A stretch of 64,000 nt of DNA from the NCBI GenBank assembly GCA_944332995.1, contig CALVKR010000007.1, positions 9,859 to 73,858 on the forward strand, given 5' to 3'. Position numbers and translations under genes: made by a program. Positions within the stretch are counted from its first letter, which is position 1. The number at the start of each line of letters is the position of its first letter. The stretch is from an uncultured Clostridia bacterium (GTDB taxonomy: Bacteria > Bacillota > Clostridia > Christensenellales > CAG-917). The notes under the pieces were generated by a model. The model was given only the letters and a program-made list of their open reading frames with translations, was not told the origin of the DNA and did not search any database. Of this stretch, positions 23,225 to 32,489 are shown piece by piece.

Positions 23225-23231
23225 TTTTGTT

Positions 23232-24989
23232 TTATTTTGAGTCCTGCAAGGCGTCATAGCCTTCTTCGCCTGTCCTCACTTTTACTACGTTTTCCACGTC
23301 GTAAACGAATATCTTTCCGTCGCCTATCTCGCCTGTATACAGTGCGGATTTTGCCGCCTCGATAACGTCCTTTACCGGCACCTTGGATACGACGATATCC
23401 ACCTGCACTTTAGGCAACAGATTTACGGTAACGGGAACGCCTCTGTAAAATTCCTTTTTGCCCTTCTGCTGTCCGTAACCCATGACGTGGGATACCGTCA
23501 TACCGGTTATGCCTATCTCCGTCAGAGCCGCATTGAGCTTTTGCAATCTTTCCTCTTTGCAAATTATCTGCACCTTTGTAAACTTTTTGGGAGCTAAGCC
23601 TCTCTCGGTTGCCGTCTTTAAAGGCTCGTAAGTGGACGCTGTTGCCGATGCATCCTCGCTTATCACTCTGCCACTTACGTCAAACTCGCCCTTTAAGCCT
23701 TCCGCTCCTTCGTAAGCCAAAGCATAGCTTGCAACGTTGGGAGCAAAATCGGCGTATGCGTTGATGAGTCCGTGTTCGGAAACGTCAAGTCCTTTGAGTT
23801 CTTCTTCCGGCTTGACTCTCAGTCCTATCGTCTTTTTTATGATAAAGAAGAACAAAGTCATAAGCGCCGCAGTATAAAGGCATACGGTTACCACACCCAA
23901 AACCTGAACGCCGAGCTGATACCAATCGCCGGTGTAGAAAAGTCCTTTAACTCCGGCAGGTGCGTTGGGGTTTGCCAAAAGACCTACCGCAATCGTTCCC
24001 CATATTCCGTTTGCGAGGTGCACTCCGACTGCACCGACAGGGTCGTCAACGTGAAGTTTTAAATCTATAAATTCTATCACGAGCACGATGAGGAATCCGG
24101 AAACGAGTCCCACCACGATAGAGCCTATCGCATCGAACGCCGCACAGCCCGCCGTCACGCCTACGAGTCCTGCCAGACAGGCGTTGATACACATCGACAC
24201 GTCAGGCTTTTTGTTTTTTACCCATGTGAATATGAGCGTCGTGCACGTCGCCACCGCAGGAGCAATCGTCGTGTTTAAAAAGATTGTCGCAAGTTCGGAT
24301 ACGCTTGTCGCCGCCGCACCGTTGAAGCCGTACCAGCCAAACCAGAGTATGAATGCTCCGAGTGCGCCGAGCGGTATGGAATGTCCCATGATTGCATTTA
24401 CTTTGATGACCTTTCCGTTTTCGTCACGTTCGTATTTACCGATTCTCGGACCTACCATTATTGCGCCTATCAAAGCGGTTATACCGCCCACCATATGTAT
24501 CGCCGTCGAGCCTGCATAATCGTGGAATCCCATCTGTGCAAGCCAGCCGCCTCCCCATATCCAGTGCGCCTCGATAGGATATACGACAAGCGAGATTATA
24601 GCCGAGTAAATGCAATATGCCGAAAACTTCGTTCTTTCCGCCATAGAGCCGGAAACGATTGTCGCCGCAGTCGCACAGAACACAAGGTTGAACACAAACT
24701 TGGACGCCTCCGTCAAGCCTTCCTCGGGTGAGGCGATAAACTCCGTAAACTTACCGAACAAATCCAGGTTCGGTATGCCCACAAGTCCTGCCAAGGCGTC
24801 CTCGCCCATCATAAGTCCGTAACCTAAAAGCATAAAGACGACGGTGCCTATACAAAAGTCCATAAGGTTTTTCATTATAATGTTGCCTGCGTTTTTTGCT
24901 CGGGCAAAGCCTGTTTCCACCATGGCAAATCCCGCCTGCATAAAAAATACCAACGCCGCTCCGATTAAATACCAATATTCCGTAGTCAT
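23232..24989 (-). CDS. amt: ammonium transporter fused to a C-terminal PII (GlnK-like) domain
   Basis: Amt motifs FMQAGF, DYAGSTAIH, WFGWYGFN, DDPVGA..VH, followed in frame by PII motifs G.G.QKG..E.YRG and TGEIGDGKIF. Confidence 0.95.
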   Translation of the reverse strand: MTTEYWYLIGAALVFFMQAGFAMVETGFARAKNAGNIIMKNLMDFCIGTVVFMLLGYGLMMGEDALAGLVGIPNLDLFGKFTEFIASPEEGLTEASKFVFNLVFCATAATIVSGSMAERTKFSAYCIYSAIISLVVYPIEAHWIWGGGWLAQMGFHDYAGSTAIHMVGGITALIGAIMVGPRIGKYERDENGKVIKVNAIMGHSIPLGALGAFILWFGWYGFNGAAATSVSELATIFLNTTIAPAVATCTTLIFTWVKNKKPDVSMCINACLAGLVGVTAGCAAFDAIGSIVVGLVSGFLIVLVIEFIDLKLHVDDPVGAVGVHLANGIWGTIAVGLLANPNAPAGVKGLFYTGDWYQLGVQVLGVVTVCLYTAALMTLFFFIIKKTIGLRVKPEEELKGLDVSEHGLINAYADFAPNVASYALAYEGAEGLKGEFDVSGRVISEDASATASTYEPLKTATERGLAPKKFTKVQIICKEERLQKLNAALTEIGITGMTVSHVMGYGQQKGKKEFYRGVPVTVNLLPKVQVDIVVSKVPVKDVIEAAKSALYTGEIGDGKIFVYDVENVVKVRTGEEGYDALQDSK

Positions 24990-25007
24990 AAAATACTCCT
25001 TTTGAGC

Positions 25008-27098
25008 TTATACTCCGAAAAGCAGCTCACCGTACGTCGGGAACGGCCAACATTCTTTTGAACATACCGTTTCCGCTTCGTCCGCCAAAAGACGCAGACG
25101 AGTCATTAAGGGAAGCACGCTGTCGCGTATCTTTGCCGATTCTGCAATGACGTCGCTTCCGTCCTTTGTCTTGATGACCTCGCCTTCGAGCTCGCCCGTC
25201 ATATCGAACATGGCGTCCGACAGAGTCGAGAGCTTGGATACCGTTTTTGTTTCAAACATACATTCCGCATTTTGAGATACTGATTTCTTTTTGATAACCG
25301 TATCGCAAAGTTTGTCAACGTATTTGGATATTGCCGGCAATATTTGTTTTTTCACCATATCCGTCATCGTGTTAGCTTCGATAATGACCGTCTTGCAATA
25401 GTTTTCAAGCATTATCTCGCATCTCGACTCAAGCTCTTCCTTTGTGAAGATTCCGTGGGATATGAGCATATCCGCATTCTTTTTATCGAGAAGATGCGGC
25501 ATACAGTCCGCCGTCGTCTTATAGTTTGAAAGTCCTCGTCTTTCGGCTTCGGCTATCCATTCGTCGTCATAGCCGTTGCCGTTGAATATGATTCTCTTGT
25601 GGTCCTTTATCGTCTTTTTGATGACTTCTTGCAATTTCGTTTTGAAGTCTGCCGCACCCTCAAGCTTGTCGGCGTATTGCTTTAAAGATTCCGCAACGGC
25701 GGCGTTAAGCATCATGTTGGCGCAGGCTATACTGTTTGACGAGCCGAGCATTCTGAACTCAAATTTGTTTCCGGTAAAGGCAAACGGCGACGTCCTGTTG
25801 CGGTCGGTCGTGTCTTTGACGAATTTAGGCAATACGTCGACGCCGAGCTTCATTTGCTTTTTCTCTTTTGCGCTGTATGGCTTATCCGTTTCGATAGCCT
25901 CGAGTACGGCGCTGAGTTCCTCGCCCAAAAACATCGATATGACCGCAGGCGGAGCTTCGTTTGCTCCGAGACGGTGGTCGTTGCCCGCCGTAGCAACGGA
26001 CAGTCTCAGCAAATCCTGATAGTCGTCAACCGCTTTTATCACGGCGCAAAGGAATATCAAAAACTGAGCGTTTTCATAAGGCGTTTCGCCGGGGGTGAGC
26101 AGGTTTACGCCTGTATCCGTCGTCATTGACCAGTTGTTGTGCTTACCGCTGCCGTTTACGCCTGCAAACGGTTTTTCGTGCAACAGACAGACGAGGTCGT
26201 GGCGTTTTGCAACCTTTTGCATGATTTCCATCGTAAGTTGGTTTTGGTCGGTTGCAATGTTCGTGGTCGAATATATCGGCGCAAGCTCGTGCTGTGCGGG
26301 AGCAACCTCGTTGTGCTGAGTTTTGGCAAGAATGCCGAGTTTCCAAAGCTCGTCGTTGAGGTCGTGCATAAAGTCAAGCACTCTCGGTTTAATGACTCCG
26401 AAATAGTGGTCGTCCATCTCCTGACCCTTGGGAGGTTTTGCTCCGAACAGCGTTCTGCCCGTGTAAATCAAATCCGGTCTTTGGTCATACAGTTTTTTGT
26501 CTACCAAAAAATATTCTTGCTCAGGTCCGACGCTCGTTTTAACGCATTTTGCCGTATCGTTTCCGAACAGCTTTAAAATCCTGAGCGCTTGTTTGTTTAA
26601 CGCTTCCATCGAACGCAGAAGCGGAGTTTTTTTGTCGAGCGCCTCGCCGCCGTAAGAGCAGAAGGCTGTGGGTATGCAAAGAGTTTTATCCTTGATAAAC
26701 GCATAACTTGTAGGGTCCCACGCCGTATATCCTCTTGCTTCAAACGTTGCCCTGAGTCCGCCCGACGGGAAACTCGAGGCGTCGGGCTCGCCCTTGATAA
26801 GTTCTTTTCCCGAAAACTCCATTATCACTCTGCCGTCGGGAGCGGGACTGATAAATCCGTCGTGTTTTTCCGCCGTGATACCCGTCAAAGGTTGAAACCA
26901 GTGCGTGTAGTGCGTCGCACCCTTTTGAACCGCCCAATCTTTCATTGCCGTTGCAACGGCGTTAGCGACCGATAGGTCGAGGGTTGCGCCCTCGTCGATA
27001 GTTTTTCTCAGCGAATTGTATACGTCCGCAGAGAGCATAGAGCGCATAACTCTGTCGTCAAAAACCATACTTGAAAAATAATCCGATACCGTTTGCAT
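25008..27098 (-). CDS. glnA: glutamine synthetase type III
   Basis: 696 aa, [58 protein letters not shown]. Confidence 0.96.
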   Translation of the reverse strand: MQTVSDYFSSMVFDDRVMRSMLSADVYNSLRKTIDEGATLDLSVANAVATAMKDWAVQKGATHYTHWFQPLTGITAEKHDGFISPAPDGRVIMEFSGKELIKGEPDASSFPSGGLRATFEARGYTAWDPTSYAFIKDKTLCIPTAFCSYGGEALDKKTPLLRSMEALNKQALRILKLFGNDTAKCVKTSVGPEQEYFLVDKKLYDQRPDLIYTGRTLFGAKPPKGQEMDDHYFGVIKPRVLDFMHDLNDELWKLGILAKTQHNEVAPAQHELAPIYSTTNIATDQNQLTMEIMQKVAKRHDLVCLLHEKPFAGVNGSGKHNNWSMTTDTGVNLLTPGETPYENAQFLIFLCAVIKAVDDYQDLLRLSVATAGNDHRLGANEAPPAVISMFLGEELSAVLEAIETDKPYSAKEKKQMKLGVDVLPKFVKDTTDRNRTSPFAFTGNKFEFRMLGSSNSIACANMMLNAAVAESLKQYADKLEGAADFKTKLQEVIKKTIKDHKRIIFNGNGYDDEWIAEAERRGLSNYKTTADCMPHLLDKKNADMLISHGIFTKEELESRCEIMLENYCKTVIIEANTMTDMVKKQILPAISKYVDKLCDTVIKKKSVSQNAECMFETKTVSKLSTLSDAMFDMTGELEGEVIKTKDGSDVIAESAKIRDSVLPLMTRLRLLADEAETVCSKECWPFPTYGELLFGV

Positions 27099-27146
27099 AA
27101 ATTTTTCTCCTTTTAAATTTTTTCGGCAATGCCTGTATCACGGCAT

Positions 27147-27193
27147 AAAAAAAAGCGTCTTCGAGACTAAGTCTCAAAGACGCCTTTGCCTTT
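27147..27193 (-). promoter_or_regulatory. attenuator: ANTAR-type hairpin overlapping an intrinsic terminator (GS III leader)
   Basis: Minus strand AAAGGC-AAAGGC-GTCTTT (6-nt loop, A1/G4) overlaps the 5' arm of GCGTCTTTGAGAC-tta-GTCTCGAAGACGC-T8. Confidence 0.8.
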
Positions 27194-27202
27194 TTCGCTT
27201 GC

Positions 27203-27231
27203 ATTATACAAAAGGTTTTTTTTGTTGTCAA
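27203..27231 (-). promoter_or_regulatory. consensus sigma-A promoter of the GS III operon
   Basis: TTGACA-17 bp-TATAAT on the minus strand. Confidence 0.85.
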
Positions 27232-27504
27232 CGATTTTTTTTAATTTTTTTTCTCTTTTTTTTAGTTTGTACCTTTCTCTTTTCTCTTTTTTCGGCGCAT
27301 ATAAATATATATATAAAAGAGAGTATCATACCCTATCCTATTATTTTTTTTTCGCTGAATTGTACTCATTTTATTCTGCCGCCAAAGATTGCCTTCCGCT
27401 GTTAAATCAAATGCGACTATCCTTTTAAAATTCATACGGTTAAAAGGCAAAATCTTTGCCTTTTTTTACCGCAATTTTAAGACAAATTTTTTTTTGCTCG
27501 GTTG

Positions 27505-27533
27505 TTGACAACCTTAAAATACTGTGCTATAAT
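27505..27533 (+). promoter_or_regulatory. consensus sigma-A promoter of the glutamate synthase operon
   Basis: TTGACA-17 bp-(TGc)TATAAT. Confidence 0.85.
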
Positions 27534-27544
27534 CTCGCTGAAAG

Positions 27545-27600
27545 TGAGCAAAGACGTTCATTTCAGAGTTTTGACGACTCTGAAACGGGCGTCTTTTTTT
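27545..27600 (+). promoter_or_regulatory. attenuator: ANTAR-type hairpin overlapping an intrinsic terminator (glutamate synthase leader)
   Basis: TGAGC-AAAGAC-GTTCA (loop A1/G4) overlaps the 5' arm of a long stem AAAGACGTTCATTTCAGAGT...ACTCTGAAACGGGCGTCTTT ending in a T-run. Confidence 0.8.
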
Positions 27601-27630
27601 ATTTGCAAAAATAACAGTGAGAGGTCAGAT

Positions 27631-28728
27631 ATGGATTTGAAAGAAGGGCAAATAAGAATTCCGTCGGGCTGCGCCGTGAGCGCCGTTATTTCACGGCAAG
27701 GCAACGCCGTAAACGGAGAAAAGATTGTCAAAAGCATGATACCCATGCACGAGAGATCCAACGGACTCGGAGGCGGTTTTGCCGCATACGGAATATATCC
27801 CGAATACGCCGAGTTTTACGCATTTCATATGTTTTTCGACTCGAGGCAGGCGAAAATCGATTTTGAAACGTATATCAAAGAATTTTTTGAAATCGTCAAA
27901 TCGGAAATCATTCCGACGAAAAAGATAAGGGCGATAGTAAACGAGCCTTTGATAATGCGCTACTTTCTTGCCCCTATGAAATCCCGTCTTGCCGACGCTC
28001 AGCTTGACGAACGTGAATTCGTGGCGAGAACGGTCATGCGTATAAACTGCAAAATAGAGGGCGCTTGCGTCGTTTCGAGCGGTAAGAATATGGGCGTATT
28101 CAAGGCAGTCGGATACCCCGAGGACGTCGGCGAATTTTACAGTCTGAGCGAATACGACGCATATCTTTGGACGGCGCACGGCAGATATCCTACAAACACT
28201 CCCGGCTGGTGGGGAGGCGCTCATCCTTTCGGGCTTTTGGATTATACGGTGGTGCACAACGGCGAAATATCGTCATACGACGCAAACAGACGTTTTATAG
28301 AAATGTTCGGTTATAAATGCACTCTGCAAACGGATACCGAGGTCATAACCTACATAGCGGATTTTCTTTTGCGCAGACAAAAGCTGACGCTTGAAGAAAC
28401 GGCGTTAGTTATCGCCGCCCCGTTTTGGAGCACGATTGCAAAGTGCGATAAAGAAAAAAAGGACAAGCTGACCTATCTGAGATACGTATTTTCTTCCCTG
28501 CTCATCACCGGTCCGTTTTCGATAATACTCGGCTTTGACGGCGGCGTTATGGCGCTCAACGACAGATTGAAACTTCGTTCAATGGTGACGGGAGAAAAAA
28601 AAGATTTGTTTTTTATAGCGAGCGAGGAAGCCGCTATAAGAGCTATGGAGCCGGAAGCGGAAAACATATATTCGCCCGACGGTGGCGAGCCGATTATCGT
28701 AAAGGTTGAAAAGGAGGCGCAAAAGTGA
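27631..28728 (+). CDS. glutamate synthase amidotransferase subunit (class II GATase, split GltB part 1)
   Basis: SGCAV, AHGRYPTNT..WW.GAHPF, VHNGEI, TDTE. SD GAGAGG before ATG 27631. Confidence 0.9.
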   Translation: MDLKEGQIRIPSGCAVSAVISRQGNAVNGEKIVKSMIPMHERSNGLGGGFAAYGIYPEYAEFYAFHMFFDSRQAKIDFETYIKEFFEIVKSEIIPTKKIRAIVNEPLIMRYFLAPMKSRLADAQLDEREFVARTVMRINCKIEGACVVSSGKNMGVFKAVGYPEDVGEFYSLSEYDAYLWTAHGRYPTNTPGWWGGAHPFGLLDYTVVHNGEISSYDANRRFIEMFGYKCTLQTDTEVITYIADFLLRRQKLTLEETALVIAAPFWSTIAKCDKEKKDKLTYLRYVFSSLLITGPFSIILGFDGGVMALNDRLKLRSMVTGEKKDLFFIASEEAAIRAMEPEAENIYSPDGGEPIIVKVEKEAQK

Positions 28729-30230
28729 AAGCAGATTATCTTTATCCTGAATTTGAAATAATACGAAACGAGGCGCTTTGCACAAAATGCCGCCTTTGCG
28801 AAAAGGAATGTTCAAACGGCGTGCATGCGTTTCTTCCCGAAAAAGGTATCCTAATTGCGGATTCGGCAAAATGCGTAAACTGTATGCGTTGCGTTGCAAC
28901 CTGCCCCGTGCACGCCATTAAAATCGTAAAGAGCGGAGCGGATTTTACCTACAACGCCAACTGGACTTCGGACGTGATAAGAGAGATTTTCAAGCAATCG
29001 GCAACGGGCGGAGTTTTGCTTTCGTCTATGGGCAATCCCAAACCCCTGCCCGTCTATTGGGACAAGATACTCATCAACGCCTCTCAAGTGACTAACCCGT
29101 CCATCGATCCGCTCAGAGAGCCGATGGAAACAAAAGTTTTTTTAGGCAAAAAGCCGTCGACCGTCATGCGCGACGAAAAGGGCAAAATGATTTTAAACAC
29201 ACCCCCGTCGCTTGAGCTTTCCCTGCCCGTTATGTTTGCCGCAATGAGCTACGGCTCTATAAGCTACAACGCTCACGAGTGTCTTGCAAGAGCGGCAACG
29301 GAGCTCGGCACTTTTTACAATACCGGCGAGGGCGGTTTGCATCAAAACTTTTATAAATACGGTTCAAGCACGATTGTGCAGGTAGCGTCGGGAAGATTTG
29401 GAGTGCACAAAGATTATCTCGAAGCGGGAGCGGCAGTCGAAATTAAGATGGGGCAAGGCGCAAAGCCCGGTATAGGAGGTCACCTGCCCGGCTCGAAAAT
29501 CGTTGACGACGTTTCAAAAACGAGAATGATTCCGATTGGCTCGGACGCCATATCCCCCGCCCCTCATCACGATATCTATTCGATAGAAGATTTAAGACAG
29601 CTCGTCTTTTCCCTTAAAGAGGCGACGGATTATAAAAAACCTGTCTTTGTCAAAGTGGCGGCTGTTCACAATATAGCGGCAATAGCAAGCGGTATTGCCC
29701 GAAGCGGCGCAGACGCAATCGTCATAGACGGATTCAGAGGCGGCACGGGCGCAGCCCCGACGAGAATAAGGGATAACGTGGGTATCCCCGTGGAGCTCGC
29801 CCTTGCGGCTGTGGACGAAAGGCTAAGACAAGAAGGAATACGAAACGACGTTTCGCTCATAGTGAGCGGAAGCATAAGAAGCTCCGCCGACGTTATCAAG
29901 GCAATCGCTTTAGGCGCAGACGCTTGCTATATCGCCACCGCCGCTCTCGTTTCTCTCGGCTGTCACCTTTGCAGAAACTGCCAAAGCGGAAAATGCAATT
30001 GGGGTATCGCCACTCAACGTCCCGAACTTGTCGCAAGGCTCGACCCCGACGAAGGCAGCGAAAGACTTGTCAAATTGCTCACCGCTTGGAAAAGGGAAAT
30101 CAAAGAGTTTATGGGAGCCATGGGCATCAACTCTATCGAAGCTCTTAAAGGCAACCGTCTTATGCTCAGAGGTATAGGCCTTAGCGAAACGGAACTCAAA
30201 GTGCTCGGCATCAAGCACGCAGGCGAATAA
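28725..30230 (+). CDS. glutamate synthase FMN-binding subunit with N-terminal 2x[4Fe-4S] domain (split GltB part 2)
   Basis: Two CxxCxxCxxxC motifs, MSYGSIS, NTGEGG, QVASGRFG, EIKMGQGAKPG.GGHLPG.K. Confidence 0.93.
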   Translation: MKADYLYPEFEIIRNEALCTKCRLCEKECSNGVHAFLPEKGILIADSAKCVNCMRCVATCPVHAIKIVKSGADFTYNANWTSDVIREIFKQSATGGVLLSSMGNPKPLPVYWDKILINASQVTNPSIDPLREPMETKVFLGKKPSTVMRDEKGKMILNTPPSLELSLPVMFAAMSYGSISYNAHECLARAATELGTFYNTGEGGLHQNFYKYGSSTIVQVASGRFGVHKDYLEAGAAVEIKMGQGAKPGIGGHLPGSKIVDDVSKTRMIPIGSDAISPAPHHDIYSIEDLRQLVFSLKEATDYKKPVFVKVAAVHNIAAIASGIARSGADAIVIDGFRGGTGAAPTRIRDNVGIPVELALAAVDERLRQEGIRNDVSLIVSGSIRSSADVIKAIALGADACYIATAALVSLGCHLCRNCQSGKCNWGIATQRPELVARLDPDEGSERLVKLLTAWKREIKEFMGAMGINSIEALKGNRLMLRGIGLSETELKVLGIKHAGE

Positions 30231-30250
30231 TTGCAAAAGGAGATAAAATT

Positions 30251-30973
30251 ATGATAACCATAAATGCTTCTACACACGACAACGCATCTTTATGCGAAAT
30301 GATAAAACAGGCAAAAGATGACGTGAAAATATCTCACTGCCTCGGCGAAAGATTTTTGGGCGTCGGACTTAAAGACAGATATATCGAAATCGACGGCACT
30401 CCGGGAAATGCGCTCGGCGCCTACCTCAACGGAGGAAGCGTAAAAGTAAACGGCAACGCTCAGGACGCCGTGGGCGACACTATGAATGCGGGAACGATAG
30501 TAATTTACGGCAATGCAGGCGACGCTGTAGGATACGCCATGCGAGGCGGAAAGATATACATTAAAGGCAACGCAGGCTACCGTGCGGGGATACACATAAA
30601 GGCATACAAGGAAAAATTCCCCGTCATCGTGATAGGTGGCCGCTGCGGAAGTTTTTTGGGCGAGTATCAGGCAGGCGGCTTGATTATCGTTTTGGGACTT
30701 TGTAAATCAGAAAAGAACGTGACCGGCAATTTCCCTTGCACGGGTATGCACGGAGGCAGAGTGCTCATAAGAGGCGACGTCAGCAAGATAACCTTTCCCG
30801 AGCAGGTCAGCGTTGGCGAGGCTACAGAAGAAGATATGAACACGGCCATGCCATATATAAAAGAATTTTGCTCGTTGTTCGGCTACGAGCTGTCCGAAGT
30901 GCTCGGCTCTGCCTTTACCGCCGTAAAACCGAACAGCGCCAATCCTTATAAACAAATGTACGTTGAAAACTGA
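30251..30973 (+). CDS. glutamate synthase GXGXG beta-helix subunit (split GltB part 3)
   Basis: Repeated G.AGD..G..M.GG.I.I.G motifs. Confidence 0.9.
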   Translation: MITINASTHDNASLCEMIKQAKDDVKISHCLGERFLGVGLKDRYIEIDGTPGNALGAYLNGGSVKVNGNAQDAVGDTMNAGTIVIYGNAGDAVGYAMRGGKIYIKGNAGYRAGIHIKAYKEKFPVIVIGGRCGSFLGEYQAGGLIIVLGLCKSEKNVTGNFPCTGMHGGRVLIRGDVSKITFPEQVSVGEATEEDMNTAMPYIKEFCSLFGYELSEVLGSAFTAVKPNSANPYKQMYVEN

Positions 30974-31066
30974 CCGACGCAAAATAACTGCCAAACTTAA
31001 AAATGCTCCGTCGACCGTTTTATACGATAAAACGCAAAGCTAATTCAGCTAAAATTTTATTTTGTA

Positions 31067-31095
31067 TTGACACGGCGACGGCGTTTATTTATTAT
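31067..31095 (+). promoter_or_regulatory. sigma-A promoter of the GS I-like/ANTAR gene pair
   Basis: TTGACA-17 bp-TATTAT. No ANTAR hairpin or terminator seen in the leader. Confidence 0.6.
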
Positions 31096-31265
31096 TATAT
31101 TGTTTATATCTATATAAGTATTTATATAATCTAATTATAAGACTGTAAAACCGTTTGTATATTTAAACAGTAAAACGTTGAAATTGCAAAATTTAAAATG
31201 CAAAATTTTAAAAGTTTATAAACCAAAACAAAACTTATAAGTCGATATTTTAAAAAGGTGAGAAA

Positions 31266-32477
31266 ATGAGTTATACACAAAAAGAAGTTATGCAATACTG
31301 CGCCGAGGAAGACGTAAAATTCATACGTCTTGCGTTTTGCGACGTTTTCGGAGTGCAAAAAAATATTTCCGTTATGCCGAGCCAGCTACCCAAGGTATTC
31401 AAGCACGGCATCGCCGTCGACGCTTCCGCTATCGACGGTTTCGGCAGGGAGGGACGCTCGGATTTGTTTTTATATCCCGACCCTTCCACCCTCACCGTCC
31501 TGCCCTGGCGACCGGAGCACGGCAGAGTCGTAAGAATGTTTTGTAAAATCTGCAATCCCGACGGAAGCGTTTTCATAAACGATACGAGAAGTATTTTGAT
31601 TAAGGCCGTTGCCGACGCAAAAGAAGCGGGATACACTTTCAATTTCGGCTCCGAGCTCGAATTTTATCTGTTCAAACTCGACGAAAAGGGAAACCGCACC
31701 TATATTCCGCACGACGAAGCGGGCTATATGGATATCGCCCCCGATGACAGAGGCGAAAACGTAAGGCGTGAAATTTGCCTGACGTTGGAACAAATGGAAA
31801 TAATCCCCGAGGGTTCGCACCACGAAGAAGGACCGGGACAAAACGAGATAGATTTTGAATATTCCGATCCACTGACTGCGGCGGACAGAGCTGTAACCTT
31901 TAAATCGGTGGTCAAAACGATTGCGGCAAGAAACGGGCTTTACGCCGATTTCTCGCCCAAGCCGCTTGCCGACCAGCCCGGCTCGGGATTTCACGTCAAT
32001 ATATCCGTCGGCGACGGAAAAAACGGCGAGCTTATGCCTTATCTGATTTCGGGCATTATGGATAAAATAAGAGATATCTCTCTGTTTTTAAATCCCGTTC
32101 AAAATTCATACGAGCGTCTCGGTTGCTTTAAAGCGCCCAAATACGTTTCGTGGTCAATCGAAAATCGCTCGCAGCTTATCAGAATACCTGCGGCTGTCGA
32201 AAACTTCAAACGTCTCGAGCTCCGCTCCCCCGACCCGGCTTGCAATCCTTATATAGGCTTTGCGTTGCTCATTTACGCCTGCATAGAGGGACTTGACGGA
32301 CACCTTCCGCTCCCCGAGCCTGCGGATATCAATTTCTATACCGCAAGTGAAGATATTCTGTGCCGTTTCAAAACTCTGCCTCTTAGCCTCGACGAGGCAA
32401 AAAAGACAACCTTGGCAAGCGACTTTGTAAATAAGCACTTGCCGTCATCTTTAATCGACGCCTACCTCAACAGATAA
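31266..32477 (+). CDS. glutamine synthetase type I-like protein (short, degenerate)
   Basis: ELEFY, HHEEGPGQNEI, GSGFH, NRSQLIRIP, ELRSPDP.CNPY. Only 403 aa, and the flap reads FKAP rather than YEAP. Confidence 0.88.
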   Translation: MSYTQKEVMQYCAEEDVKFIRLAFCDVFGVQKNISVMPSQLPKVFKHGIAVDASAIDGFGREGRSDLFLYPDPSTLTVLPWRPEHGRVVRMFCKICNPDGSVFINDTRSILIKAVADAKEAGYTFNFGSELEFYLFKLDEKGNRTYIPHDEAGYMDIAPDDRGENVRREICLTLEQMEIIPEGSHHEEGPGQNEIDFEYSDPLTAADRAVTFKSVVKTIAARNGLYADFSPKPLADQPGSGFHVNISVGDGKNGELMPYLISGIMDKIRDISLFLNPVQNSYERLGCFKAPKYVSWSIENRSQLIRIPAAVENFKRLELRSPDPACNPYIGFALLIYACIEGLDGHLPLPEPADINFYTASEDILCRFKTLPLSLDEAKKTTLASDFVNKHLPSSLIDAYLNR

Positions 32478-32489
32478 TCGGAGAAAGAT

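Noticed and set aside
27534-27548. CTCGC-tgaaa-GTGAG as a first ANTAR hairpin
   Set aside because: The 5-nt loop lacks the A1/G4 pattern, and its 5' arm lies upstream of the predicted start site.
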